DNA from: a candidate division FCPU426 bacterium
Lineage (GTDB): Bacteria > Oederibacteriota > Muellerivitia > Muellerivitales > Muellerivitaceae
Direction: 5' to 3'
Length of the DNA: 64,000 bases
Assembly (NCBI GenBank): GCA_963847625.1
Contig: CAWKAR010000057.1
Location: 40,722-104,721 of the forward strand
This document shows, piece by piece, positions 1 through 9,728 of this stretch. Made by a program: the position numbers and the translations under genes. The stretch's first letter is position 1. Each line of letters opens with the position of its first letter. The notes under the pieces are model-generated. The model had not been told where the DNA came from. It worked only from the letters and a program-made list of their open reading frames with translations, and searched no databases.

Positions 1-1322
1 GTAGCCGTCATTGTGGGCGTGTCAGATGGAATATCAGTCGGGGTGTCGGTTGACGTGTCCGTGACCGTTGGCGTGGAGGAAAGAGTATAAGCCGGCGTAT
101 TAGAGATCGTGGGTGTCGGCGTCAATGTCGGTGTATCGGATGGTGTATCGGCCGGTGTGTCCGTCATTGTGGGCGTGTCAGATGGAATATCAGTCGGTGT
201 GCCGGTTGACGTGTCCGTGACCGTTGGCGTGTCTGTGGGAGTATCAATAGGCATATTCGTCATTGTGGGCGTAACCGTAGACGTGTTGGTCGACGTCGGG
301 GTTGGGGTAATCAAGGGGGTGGAAGTGGGAGAATTGGAAGGGGTGCAGGTCGGTGAATTGGACGAGGTGAAGGTTGGCGTGATGGCCGGTGTTAAAGAGT
401 TTGTAGAGGTAGCGGTAGGCGAAGCAGTAGGGGTAGCCGATGAAGTCGGTGTCAACGAACTCGTTGGGGTATTGGTGGGAGTACGAGTCGGGGTATTGGT
501 GGGGGTCGGAGTCGGGGTGTTGGTCGGCCCACCACTCAAAATTTCGACGCCCCAGCCATAGCCGGACGCTGAGACATTGTTGGGGTTAAAGCTCTGGCTA
601 ATGCTGATGGCTGACGTGGTCCCGGGCGAATAATCACTTAAAGCAAAGCCTAACGCGTCTGAACCCATCGTGGCTGGAGTAAGGGGATATCGAACGGTGC
701 CATTGACCACAGCGTAACTGCCCGGATTCGTGCTGCCCTGCGTCAAAAGCATCTGGAGAATCGTGCTGGTGGAACTTAAAGGCGTGAAACTAAAGGAAAC
801 AGTCGCCGGTGTGCTGTTGGCCAGGCTGGTGACGTAATTCGAGGCGTTGACGCTGGTGGTGCCGATGGGGGATGTGCTTGACGCGTTGCTATAGGTCCAC
901 CACTCATATCTCCAGGAACACGAACTGTTGCCGCAGGCCAAACCCGTGGTACCTTCGGCGATGGTCAGCGCGTGGGCGGACGCGGGGTTCGCGATATAGT
1001 AAAGTGCCCGATACGCGGTTTGGAGGGCCGTATACGTGATGGGGCCGCCCAAGCTTGTCATCGCGGCGCCGTTATAAGTGATCGTGCCGGGAGTTGTCCC
1101 CCAAAAGGAGCCGTCGCCCTCAAGCAAGACGAATAAAACATAACTGCCCCCGGCGGAGGCGCCGAAATTGAGGGCGGAAATGGTGACGCCGAGGCTGGTC
1201 AAAGAAGATGAAACCGTCGCGTCGTTGTCATAGCTGGGAACAGCGGCTACGGCGTTTCCAGTGGAAAAAATCAGGACTAGGAAAAATAAGGCGGAAATTA
1301 GTTTTGATCCAACTCGAGCCAT
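1..1322 (-). CDS. Secreted Thr/Pro-rich (TPT-repeat) surface protein, 3' end runs off the window
   Basis: Read by hand: ATG at 1322 gives MARVGSKLISALFFLVLIFSTGNAVAA (signal peptide), a globular domain, then PTNTPTPTPT... repeats to position 1. An in-frame ATG at 1412 is an alternative start. The + strand VGV-rich ORF 109..561 is its shadow. Confidence 0.8.
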   Translation of the reverse strand, partial: MARVGSKLISALFFLVLIFSTGNAVAAVPSYDNDATVSSSLTSLGVTISALNFGASAGGSYVLFVLLEGDGSFWGTTPGTITYNGAAMTSLGGPITYTALQTAYRALYYIANPASAHALTIAEGTTGLACGNSSCSWRYEWWTYSNASSTSPIGTTSVNASNYVTSLANSTPATVSFSFTPLSSTSTILQMLLTQGSTNPGSYAVVNGTVRYPLTPATMGSDALGFALSDYSPGTTSAISISQSFNPNNVSASGYGWGVEILSGGPTNTPTPTPTNTPTRTPTNTPTSSLTPTSSATPTASPTATSTNSLTPAITPTFTSSNSPTCTPSNSPTSTPLITPTPTSTNTSTVTPTMTNMPIDTPTDTPTVTDTSTGTPTDIPSDTPTMTDTPADTPSDTPTLTPTPTISNTPAYTLSSTPTVTDTSTDTPTDIPSDTPTMTA

Positions 1323-1464
1323 TGGGCCCTTCGCGCGGGAGGATATCAGGAACGTCATTAAAACCGTAGGTAAAAGGGTTAACTTGAGGAAGGCAAACTT
1401 TTTCGTCGCCATGATGAGCTTTCAAAATAAGTTTTCGTGGTTGGTGAATTAAGAAAAGGTCACG

Positions 1465-1560
1465 GGACGACCCTTCGGGTCGCCACTTAGGCGGGGCAAA
1501 TAACCCCGCCCAAGTACACGGCTAGGCCCCCGGGCAAGCCCGGGGGCCTTGGCAGCCGGT
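1465..1560. repeat. Cluster of three GC-rich hairpins
   Basis: CGACCC-TTC-GGGTCG (1468-1482); CTTAGGCGGGG-CAAATAA-CCCCGCCCAAG (1486-1514); AGGCCCCCGGG-CAAG-CCCGGGGGCCT (1524-1549). Confidence 0.7.
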
Positions 1561-1702
1561 AATTACCAGTAATTATACCAGATTCACCCAATCTCGGAGG
1601 CCGTTGGAAATCGCCATAAAACAATACTAATTCTCGAATAAAAGTTGTCGCATATAACCGATAATCAGGGAACTCGGCCTATGCCGCCGGGAAATCCAGC
1701 CA

Positions 1703-2137
1703 TTATGATTTTTCCAGGATTTCCACGGCGCTTCTCACCAGTTTAGGACAAAGGGTCGTGGTTAATTTCCTGTCCGCGGCCATTTTGGAACCTTCCGGTG
1801 TGCTGAGGTCGCACCCCAACAATTCCCGGCAAATCAGGGAACCATTGAGTTTTTTGAACTCATCCATGAACTTGGAGGCCTCGTCATAGTTCTTTTTCTT
1901 GGCTTGGGAGTCGCCTTCCCTCACCATGGCGTGACGGAGCCCCATCACCATCAAAGCGCCCGTGACCGCCCCGCAAGTTTCAGCTTTACGAGCCATTCCC
2001 GCCCCAAAACTCCCGCCAACCCGCAAACAAGCTTCCTGATCCAAGCCCGCCTCCGGGCCGAAAGCGCCCAGGACGCTTTGGGCGCAATTGAAGCCCTTCT
2101 GGAACAGGTTTACGGCTTCCTCCGCATTGTTCGGCAT
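1703..2137 (-). CDS. C_GCAxxG_C_C family putative redox protein
   Basis: Motifs FNCAQS, ETCGAVTGA, SLICRELL and a final Cys; last gene of the ars operon. Confidence 0.85.
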   Translation of the reverse strand: MPNNAEEAVNLFQKGFNCAQSVLGAFGPEAGLDQEACLRVGGSFGAGMARKAETCGAVTGALMVMGLRHAMVREGDSQAKKKNYDEASKFMDEFKKLNGSLICRELLGCDLSTPEGSKMAADRKLTTTLCPKLVRSAVEILEKS

Positions 2138-2147
2138 ATCATTCTCC

Positions 2148-2549
2148 TTATATCTGATATCGGTCCTTTATCCTTTTCTTAATTTCATCCCGGACTTCCC
2201 GGAAACTTTGGAGTTTTTCCTCGTCATTGTTTTTCCCAACCCCCGGGTCGGGCAGGCCCCAATGGAGGCGCTCGGCCTTCCCCAGGAAGACGGGACATAA
2301 TTCCTCGGCGCAGAGGGTGATGACCATATCCACGGTCTTAGGGTCGATCTCCTCCACCGATTTGGAGCGCTGTTTTGAGATATCAATCCCTATTTCCGCC
2401 ATGGCCTTGATGGCGAAAGGGTTGACGGTGGAAGGATTGGAGCCGGCGCTTTGGATGAAGGCCTCACTTCCTAAAAGATTCTTGGCCAGGCCTTCGGCCA
2501 TCTGGCTCCTGGCTGAATTGCCAACGCAAAGAAAAAGGATTTTCCTCAC
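2148..2549 (-). CDS. arsC: Arsenate reductase, thioredoxin-dependent LMW-PTP fold
   Basis: [17 protein letters not shown]-loop, ITLC...CPVF, HWGLPDP; ars context. Confidence 0.93.
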   Translation of the reverse strand: MRKILFLCVGNSARSQMAEGLAKNLLGSEAFIQSAGSNPSTVNPFAIKAMAEIGIDISKQRSKSVEEIDPKTVDMVITLCAEELCPVFLGKAERLHWGLPDPGVGKNNDEEKLQSFREVRDEIKKRIKDRYQI

Positions 2550-3619
2550 GCGGTCTTCCTTTCATACCATCCCCGGGTCGCCACGCAAAAGGAACAAATC
2601 GAAAGCATGATAGGCACCTCCACCAATACCCCGACCACGGTGGCCAGGGCGGCCCCGCTTCCCGGGCCGTAGAGCGCTATGACGGTGGCCACGGCCAGCT
2701 CGAAAAAGTTGGAGGCTCCGATCAGGATTCCCGGCGCCGCCACTGGATAAGGCACCCTCAGGAGCTTCATCAAGCCCAGCGTCACCCCTGCGATGATGTA
2801 AACCTGGATCAAAATGGGGATGGCGATCAGGATTACCCCGAGCCAGCGGCTGGTGATATTCTCGGACTGGAAAGCGAATATCAAAACAAGGGTCGCTAAC
2901 AGCGCCAGGATGGTGATTGGGTGGAACGTTGGCAGGAATTTCTCGTTGAACCATCTCTCGCCCTTTTTCCGGATGAGGGCCCACCGGCTCACGGCCCCCA
3001 TCGCCAGGGGGATCAACACGAAAATGAGCACCGAATAAAAAAGGACCGGATAAGGAACTTCCAGGCCCGAGGCGCCCGAAACCAGGACCCGCACGATGGG
3101 CACGAAGGCCACCAGCATGATGAGGTCGTTGACCGATACCTGGACGAGCGTGTAGGCGGCATCCCCACCGGTGATATAGGACCAAACGAAAACCATGGCC
3201 GTGCAGGGGGTGGCTCCCAGGATAATGACCCCCGCCAGGTACTGGTTGGCCGCCTCCGGGCTGATCCAGGGCGCGAACAGGACCTTGAAGAAAAGCCAGC
3301 CGATGAGGGCCATCGTGAAGGGTTTCACGAGCCAATTCACGAACAGGGTCACCCCGAGGCCCTTGGGTTTTTTCCCCACATCCTTGATGGACGCGAAATC
3401 GATCTTCAGCATCATGGGGTAGATCATCAGCCAGATGAGGATGGCAATGGGGATGTTGATGTGGCTGCCGGACCCGAATTCCATGCCCTGCATTGAAATG
3501 ATGACTTGCGGGATGAACTTGCCGATCAGGATGCCCAGCCCCATGCAGAGGGCCACCCAGAGGGTCAGGTAACGCTCGAAGACATTCAATTTGGAGGAAA
3601 TACTTTGGTGCATTTCCAT
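2546..3619 (-). CDS. acr3: Arsenite efflux transporter, ACR3 family
   Basis: [41 protein letters not shown]. Confidence 0.95.
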   Translation of the reverse strand: MEMHQSISSKLNVFERYLTLWVALCMGLGILIGKFIPQVIISMQGMEFGSGSHINIPIAILIWLMIYPMMLKIDFASIKDVGKKPKGLGVTLFVNWLVKPFTMALIGWLFFKVLFAPWISPEAANQYLAGVIILGATPCTAMVFVWSYITGGDAAYTLVQVSVNDLIMLVAFVPIVRVLVSGASGLEVPYPVLFYSVLIFVLIPLAMGAVSRWALIRKKGERWFNEKFLPTFHPITILALLATLVLIFAFQSENITSRWLGVILIAIPILIQVYIIAGVTLGLMKLLRVPYPVAAPGILIGASNFFELAVATVIALYGPGSGAALATVVGVLVEVPIMLSICSFCVATRGWYERKTA

Positions 3620-4471
3620 TTAGGGTTTCTCACCCCAAACCGTCACGCTGAATATCCCCACGCCGGACTTTTCCAAATCCCGGATTTCATTTTCCTTCAG
3701 GTATTTCAACAGGACTTCACGGGGGACTTCCACCCGGCGGTCCTTCAAGACCTTGATGTTCCGGAAACCAGCCTGCCGGATGAAACCCAGGTAGTCCTCC
3801 CGTTTGACCGCGCCCGCCACGCATCCCACGTAGAGCTCGGCATCCGACCTTAATTTCTCGGGCAAATCGCCGTTCAAGACGATGTCCGAGACGTTGAAAT
3901 GGCCGCCGGGCTTGAGAACCCTGAATATTTCCTGGAAGGCCTTGGCCTTGTCCGGCACCAGGTTGAGCACGCAGTTGCTGACCACCACGTTCACTTCCCC
4001 GCTCCCCACCGGCAACCGCTCGATCTCCCCCAAATAGAAATCCACGTTCTTGAAACCCAGTTTGCGGTTGTTTTCCCTGGCGCGCTCGATCATCCCGGGG
4101 GTCATGTCAACGCCGATCACCCGGCCCTTATCGCCCACTTCCCTGCGGGCCACGAAGGCGTCGTTTCCGGCCCCGCTTCCCAGGTCCAGGACCGTGTCCC
4201 CTTCCCGGATTTGGGCCAGTTGCGTGGGCAATCCGCAGCCCAACCCCAGGTCCGCCTCGGGCTGGTAGCCGGGGAGCTTCGCATAATCCTCCCCGATGAA
4301 ACTATAGGAAAACCCTTCCGCTTTCTTTTCCCCGCCGCAGCAGGATGTTTTTTGTTCCTTCGGGCCCTCCATGCCGCAGCAAGAGGTTTTCACCGCGGAT
4401 TTGGCGATTTGCCCGTATTTCTCCCTCACGGTTGATTTGATTTTCTCAGCAGCAACTTTTTCTTTTCCCAT
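3620..4471 (-). CDS. arsM: Arsenite S-adenosylmethionine methyltransferase
   Basis: LGLGCGLP, VLDLGSGAGND, SNCVLNL, YVGCVAGA, N-terminal CC pairs; start taken at MGKEK (4471). Confidence 0.93.
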   Translation of the reverse strand: MGKEKVAAEKIKSTVREKYGQIAKSAVKTSCCGMEGPKEQKTSCCGGEKKAEGFSYSFIGEDYAKLPGYQPEADLGLGCGLPTQLAQIREGDTVLDLGSGAGNDAFVARREVGDKGRVIGVDMTPGMIERARENNRKLGFKNVDFYLGEIERLPVGSGEVNVVVSNCVLNLVPDKAKAFQEIFRVLKPGGHFNVSDIVLNGDLPEKLRSDAELYVGCVAGAVKREDYLGFIRQAGFRNIKVLKDRRVEVPREVLLKYLKENEIRDLEKSGVGIFSVTVWGEKP

Positions 4472-4799
4472 CGTTTTTCCCTTTCTTTTTAGGCAGTTCA
4501 CCCAGCAATTTGTGGAACAAGCCGGACAGTTCTTCCAGGGCTTTCGGATTCAGGCAATAGCAGGACTTGGGCCCGTCGATCTTTCCCTGGATAAGGCCCG
4601 CGTCCAGGAGCACCTTGAGATGCTGGGAGACCGTGGATTGCGCCAGGGGCATGACCTCCACGATCTCGCCGCAAACGCATTCCTCGCGCTTGGCCAGGGT
4701 CTTCAGGATGGCGATCCGGGCGGGATGGCTCAGCGCCGAGGCGTACCGCGCCAGGTCCCCGTCCCTGGGATGGAATTGATCTTCTTTGGAGTAGGCAAT
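4446..4799 (-). CDS. arsR: ArsR/SmtB family repressor; apparent start codon is ATT
   Basis: The frame of ORF 4446..4661 extends upstream as IAYSKEDQF...ALSHPARIAILKTLAKREECVCGEIVEVMPLAQSTVSQHLK and ends in SCC. There is no ATG/GTG/TTG before the upstream TGA. Confidence 0.85.
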   Translation of the reverse strand: MAYSKEDQFHPRDGDLARYASALSHPARIAILKTLAKREECVCGEIVEVMPLAQSTVSQHLKVLLDAGLIQGKIDGPKSCYCLNPKALEELSGLFHKLLGELPKKKGKNDGKRKSCC

Positions 4800-4804
4800 G
4801 GTTT

Positions 4805-4833
4805 CTTTTATCGTATATATACGATAAAGTCAA
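4805..4833 (-). promoter_or_regulatory. ars promoter with a perfect 22-bp palindromic operator
   Basis: Minus strand TTGACT-N17-TAAAAG; palindrome TTTATCGTATATATACGATAAA at 4807-4828 covers the spacer. Confidence 0.8.
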
Positions 4834-4914
4834 GGGACACCCTGGTAAAAAAACGGGAGACCGGCAGGGTGCCGGGCGGCCAGCCCATACCGGCAGGCGG
4901 CATCCGCCATCCGC

Positions 4915-6555
4915 TTATTGGTTGAGATAACCTTTAAGGATGTCACTTCTGCCGGGATACTTCAATTTCATCAGAGCCCTGGCCTCGATCTGGCGCACCC
5001 GCTCACGGGAGACGTTGAATTCAATGCTTATATCCTCCAGGGTGCGGGGATTGCCGGTGAACAGGCCGAACCTCTGGCGCAAGATTTCAGCCTCCCTGGC
5101 CCCGAGCGTCCCCAGCACCTTGGAGATATTCTCCCTCATGCGCGTGAAAACAGCCGCTTGGTCCGGGCTGACGGCTTCCGGATCGGCGATAAAATCCCCC
5201 AAACGGCTGTCCAGGTTCTTGCCGACCGGCGTATCCAGGGAGACGACCGGCTGGGCGGCCTTGAGGCATTCCCGGACCTTTTCCACCGGCAATTCCAGGC
5301 GCCTGGCGATCTCATCCGCCGTGGGCTCATGCCCCGTCTCCTGCGCCAGTTCCCGTGAAGCCCTGGCGCACCTGTTGACTGCATCGTACATGTGCGCCGG
5401 GACGCGGATCGTGCGGCCTTGGTCCGAGACGGCCCGGGTAAGGCCCTGGCGGATCCACCAGGTGGCGTAGGTGGAAAACTTGAAACCCCGGCGGTAATCG
5501 AATTTCTCGACCGCCCTCATGAGGCCGATGTTCCCTTCCTGGATGAGGTCCATCAACGGCAGGCCGCGGTAGGCGTATTTCTTGGCGATGGAGATGACCA
5601 GGCGCAGGTTGGCCCTGACCATCTCCATACGGGCGACGGAAGCTTCGCGCTCGCCTTCCCGGACCTCGCGCATCATCCTCTTGACCTTGTTCCGGCCGGC
5701 CATGGCCTTTCTCTCGAGGCGCTTGATCCCGCGGCGCGCGCCGTCCCAAAGGCCGCAGGCATCCCTAAAGCCCCCGCCTTTCAGGTGGCTTTTTCCTTCT
5801 AAAACTTTGAGGCCTGGTCCGCCGCGCTTAAGCGCGGCGGGGAGTTTAAGGTAGTCCCCGGTGCCGAGCCTTAACCGCCCCTCCTGCTGGCACATGACGC
5901 ATTCCACCTCCCCCATTGTTTCCGCGGGACCGTCCAGGCAGTTCAGGAGCCTTTCTTTCACCTTCCTTTGGAGCCGGCAATCCTTGACCAGCCAGACCAG
6001 GTCCACGAGCCTGTCATCCAACCGCTTGGCCAGGGCTTCGCGTTTCCCGGCCTCAAGGGACTTCAAACCCGCCAGGCGCCGCAGGGATTTGATTTGGCGC
6101 TCCAATCCATTGAGCCTGGTAAGCGCCTTTTTTATCCCAGCCAGGATCTTTTTTTCCGGCGGCCCCTCCGGCAGGTCCTCATAAGGCTCCAGGTCGATGG
6201 TTTCCAGGAGGGTTTTCTTTTTTGCAAGTATGTCCTTAAGCAGTTTTTTTAATTCCCGGAACCCCAGGGCCGAGCCCAGGACGGTCTTTTCGCGCTTGAA
6301 TTCGCCGGCTTCAATCCGCTTGGCGATGGCGATTTCCTGCCCCCTGGTCAGGAGCCTGATGCGCCCCATGTCCCGCATGTATATTTTAAAATTGTCGGTT
6401 GAGCTGCCCGATGTTACGGCCTTCCCCATTTTCTTTTCCAGGCCTTCATCCATCGGCTCCCGGTCCACGGTCACGACGCCGTCCCCGGCGGGGATTAGAT
6501 ACGATTCCGCCGTTTGTAACGGGGTTTTGATTTTGAATAGCGATGCGTTTTGCAC
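4915..6555 (-). CDS. RNA polymerase sigma70-family factor (RpoD/RpoS-like, group 2-like)
   Basis: Region 1.2 [17 protein letters not shown]; region 2 [13 protein letters not shown]...[35 protein letters not shown]; region 4.2 SRERVRQIE; no region 1.1. Confidence 0.92.
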   Translation of the reverse strand: MQNASLFKIKTPLQTAESYLIPAGDGVVTVDREPMDEGLEKKMGKAVTSGSSTDNFKIYMRDMGRIRLLTRGQEIAIAKRIEAGEFKREKTVLGSALGFRELKKLLKDILAKKKTLLETIDLEPYEDLPEGPPEKKILAGIKKALTRLNGLERQIKSLRRLAGLKSLEAGKREALAKRLDDRLVDLVWLVKDCRLQRKVKERLLNCLDGPAETMGEVECVMCQQEGRLRLGTGDYLKLPAALKRGGPGLKVLEGKSHLKGGGFRDACGLWDGARRGIKRLERKAMAGRNKVKRMMREVREGEREASVARMEMVRANLRLVISIAKKYAYRGLPLMDLIQEGNIGLMRAVEKFDYRRGFKFSTYATWWIRQGLTRAVSDQGRTIRVPAHMYDAVNRCARASRELAQETGHEPTADEIARRLELPVEKVRECLKAAQPVVSLDTPVGKNLDSRLGDFIADPEAVSPDQAAVFTRMRENISKVLGTLGAREAEILRQRFGLFTGNPRTLEDISIEFNVSRERVRQIEARALMKLKYPGRSDILKGYLNQ

Positions 6556-6637
6556 GGTTTGCCTCCCCTATGGCAAAACATGAATTCAAATTGTTATTTA
6601 ATGCCTTGTTTAATGGATAGGTGGTTAAAAGGAATAA

Positions 6638-6653
6638 AGCAAGGCCTGTGCCA
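6638..6653 (-). promoter_or_regulatory. sigma54 -24/-12 promoter
   Basis: Minus strand TGGCAC-AGGCC-TTGCT matches the TGGCAC-N5-TTGC consensus, about 85 nt upstream of the sigma gene. Confidence 0.7.
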
Positions 6654-6800
6654 GTTCCGTAAACGCTGGAAAACTCAGGAAAAGCTTGGAAAGTTTGATG
6701 AGTAACTTTTGGGAATGGGTTGGAATTTATGTCGGTGAAGACAATTTCGTAATCACGTTTTGTTAACGCCCATCACTTCAAATTTTCTCGGATGAAACGG

Positions 6801-6877
6801 CCCATGCCGCTGGGAAACCCGCCCCATGTCACTGGGAATACCGCCCATGTCGCCGGGAATATCGCCGATGCCGTCGG
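6801..6877. repeat. Four degenerate tandem repeats of 21-22 bp
   Basis: CCCATGCCGCTGGGAA (6801), CCCATGTCACTGGGAA (6823), CCCATGTCGCCGGGAA (6844), CCGATGCCGTCGG (6865). Confidence 0.7.
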
Positions 6878-7160
6878 CGTTTACCGGGTTTAACGGCTCT
6901 GTTTACTGGGTTGCCGAACCCCACTCGGAGGATGCATTACCCCGGGACAGATTTACGGATTTGAATGTTATTTTTTGATTTTCCAATCCCGCCAATAATT
7001 CCATTTAAGAAAATGTTCCGTACCGAACATATAACGCATTCCAGTTTTCCCCTCCCTCCATAAGTAAAACGGCCATCGGTTAAATCCATTCTCGAGGCTT
7101 TCAATCGGGGATACGTCTTAAATCCAGCCTTCGGAATGACACCCTAAAACCACGGCCAAA

Positions 7161-7320
7161 ATTAACGGGGATTTAACGCGGATGAAATGTTCCCGGTCAC
7201 CCCCTTCCGTAATATCCCGCCGAGTTTACTTCGAAGGGGGTTGAAACACTTTTCCGCTTCCAACACCTACCACGTTTATGAAAAACCCGCTTCGGGGGGA
7301 AAATTTAACTTAAATTTACG
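7161..7320 (+). promoter_or_regulatory. Putative Pho boxes upstream of the lipoprotein/porin genes
   Basis: ATTAAC 7161 / TTTAAC 7172 and TTTAAC 7304 / TTTACG 7315, each pair 11 bp apart. Confidence 0.55.
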
Positions 7321-7330
7321 GGAGGCAATT

Positions 7331-7975
7331 GTGAAAAGGATTTTAGTCATCTGGGGCATCGCAATCTTGTTTATGGGAGGACTGCTGTCGCTGGCTTGCA
7401 ACGCCAACAACAGCGTCACCCACGCGGCCGCCGCGCCGGCGGCAACACCGACACAGTGTTACTACTCCGGCAACAACGACGCCGTGACCGCCATCAACAT
7501 GACGACGGTGATGGCCAACGCCGACGTGGCCGCGTACGGGGTCAGCCTCGCCAAAGCCACGACCATCACACAGTTGAGCGTTTATTGCTCAGAGGCTTCG
7601 TCAGCCTCGCCGATGCCGGGAACCGATATGCTGGAAACGGCATTGTTCTCAGTGAAGAGCGGGGTCGCCACGAGCGTGGGAAGCTCCGGCAAGGTCCAGG
7701 TCTTCAGCGCGCCGGTTACGGCCCAATGGGTCAATATCCCCATGGGAAGCCTCAGCCTGGCCGCCGGCAGTTACGTGATCGCGTGCCGTTACACCCAGGA
7801 CAAAGCGAACCAAACCATCACCACCTTCACCCTCGGGACCAGCTCTGCCGCGACGGGCATCTCCTACTATACCAACGTCGCCGGGGGAATCACCGGCTCG
7901 GACACTTGGTCACTGCCGGCGACGTTGGCTCCTCCGGTCAACTACGAGTTGAACATCAAGACCTGCCCGTTCTAA
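7331..7975 (+). CDS. Hypothetical lipoprotein
   Basis: GGAGG RBS then GTG at 7331; MKRILVIWGIAILFMGGLLSLA-C lipobox. Confidence 0.75.
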   Translation: MKRILVIWGIAILFMGGLLSLACNANNSVTHAAAAPAATPTQCYYSGNNDAVTAINMTTVMANADVAAYGVSLAKATTITQLSVYCSEASSASPMPGTDMLETALFSVKSGVATSVGSSGKVQVFSAPVTAQWVNIPMGSLSLAAGSYVIACRYTQDKANQTITTFTLGTSSAATGISYYTNVAGGITGSDTWSLPATLAPPVNYELNIKTCPF

Positions 7976-8088
7976 GGAATGGATAGGGAAGCGGGGTTTT
8001 CCAACGCCTATCGACGACCACACAGACGAGGGTTGAAAGCCCGCAAAACGGGTTAAGGAAAAAATAAAAATTTTAAGAAGGAGAGAAT

Positions 8089-9567
8089 ATGAAAAGGTTC
8101 TGGATGTTTTTACTCTACCTGGCCGCGGGGATGGCGGTCCTGATCGCCCCCCCATCCGCCCAGGCGGATGAAGCCACGGATCAGGATTCGCTGGGAACCC
8201 TTCGGGAGGACATGAACTCCGCCTTGGGTACCCACGCCAGCCGCCTTTCCGATATCGAGAAGACGCTGGGCCTGAAGTTCTTCGGCGACGTCCGCGTCCG
8301 TTTCGATTGGAGGACGCAGGTGCAGTCCGATCCCGAGTTGTTGAACACGGCGGGAACGGCCCTCACCTCCGGCGGGCCGATCCAAGACATCACGCGGGGA
8401 CGCTTCCGGGCGCGCCTCGGGGCTATGAAAACCGACGGGGATATCACGGGCGGCCTGCGGATTTCAACCGGCGCCGCCACCAACCCCAACAGCGAGAACC
8501 AGACGTTCGACGCAGGGTTCGTGGACGCTTCCTTGTTCATAGACCAGGCCTACTTGACCTACATGCCGTCCGCCTTGGACAAGTTCGTCAAGATTACGGC
8601 TGGAAAGATGCCGAATCCCTTGACCGTGTCCCCGATCACCTGGGACCCGGACATCGTGCCGGAAGGCGTATTGTTGGAACTGAACAACGCCAACACAAAC
8701 ACCAAACTGCGCGCCACCTACTTCGACGTGAGCAACCAGAACGGGGGCGGAGCCCAGGCCATCAACACGGTGAACAACAATAACGGCGTGACGAACGTCA
8801 CGCTATACGTGGCGGGTTCCGATACCGACGAGTACATGGCCAATTTCCAACTCGAACAGCTCCTCAAGTTCGACACGGACACCTCCAGCACCCTCATGTT
8901 GGGATACGAGTACATCCCGAACGTGACCGCCCTGGCCGGCGGCAATGTCATGGCCCCGCCGAACGGCGCCTTGGCGCTGAACAACGCCCTGGTGGGCGCG
9001 GACGGCATGATCTGGGATTTCGGCGGTTCCGTCCCCAACATCCAGATGCTCGAGGGGATGATCAAGATCAACCACGTAGTCGGTGGGATTCCCTTGGCCT
9101 GGACCTTCCACGGCATTGACAACCTGGATTCCTTCTATGTGCCAAAAGGCGAGAACCAGACCCTCAGCAAGATGCCTCTGAAGGGTCAATACCAAGACGG
9201 GACGACCCAAGGCGGGGTCGTTCTTCCGAAATTGTCCAACCAGTTTGGCTTCTATGGCCAACTCAACATCAACGCGGTGAAGGCCAAGGGCGACTTGGCC
9301 GGGTTCGTCGCGGTGGGTTACCTGGAGCCGAACGCCCAACTGGGCTTCCTGACGGACGACGATCCGGGCAACAACAACCGGGAATACCTCAAGGCGAACA
9401 TCACTTACGGGCTGGAAAACAACGTTCAGCTAATGGTGACATCGTGGGCCGTTTGCCACGTGTACGACCAGAATTACGTCTGGTTGGGCGCCCCCAACGA
9501 CAAGCTGGGCGGTACTTCCATCAACCCGGAATACCTCACCTACGTCGACCTTTTGATGAGCTTCTAA
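8089..9567 (+). CDS. Putative outer-membrane porin, probably phosphate-related
   Basis: Signal peptide, short coiled coil, KFFGDVRVRFD, RFRARLG, WDPDIVPEG, C-terminal Phe; lies directly upstream of pstS. Confidence 0.75.
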   Translation: MKRFWMFLLYLAAGMAVLIAPPSAQADEATDQDSLGTLREDMNSALGTHASRLSDIEKTLGLKFFGDVRVRFDWRTQVQSDPELLNTAGTALTSGGPIQDITRGRFRARLGAMKTDGDITGGLRISTGAATNPNSENQTFDAGFVDASLFIDQAYLTYMPSALDKFVKITAGKMPNPLTVSPITWDPDIVPEGVLLELNNANTNTKLRATYFDVSNQNGGGAQAINTVNNNNGVTNVTLYVAGSDTDEYMANFQLEQLLKFDTDTSSTLMLGYEYIPNVTALAGGNVMAPPNGALALNNALVGADGMIWDFGGSVPNIQMLEGMIKINHVVGGIPLAWTFHGIDNLDSFYVPKGENQTLSKMPLKGQYQDGTTQGGVVLPKLSNQFGFYGQLNINAVKAKGDLAGFVAVGYLEPNAQLGFLTDDDPGNNNREYLKANITYGLENNVQLMVTSWAVCHVYDQNYVWLGAPNDKLGGTSINPEYLTYVDLLMSF

Positions 9568-9651
9568 CTTTCTCATGGGGCCGCCCGGCAGTCAGGGAAC
9601 CGGGCCGGCTCCCCTCTCCCCTCCTGGCCCCCCCAAGGGGGCCCAGGGGGA

Positions 9652-9679
9652 TTTAACGCGAATGTAACAAAGCCGTAAC
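9652..9679 (+). promoter_or_regulatory. Triple Pho-box-like direct repeat upstream of pstS
   Basis: TTTAAC 9652, TGTAAC 9663, CGTAAC 9674 (11-bp period). Confidence 0.7.
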
Positions 9680-9728
9680 AGAAACAAGAAGCCAACAGCC
9701 TTAAATTCAAGAAAAAGAGGAGCAAGCA

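Noticed and set aside
7980..8060. c-di-GMP-I riboswitch-like GAAA..GCAAAAC segment
   Set aside because: It lacks the GGCAAAC/P1 architecture; too weak to call without cmscan.
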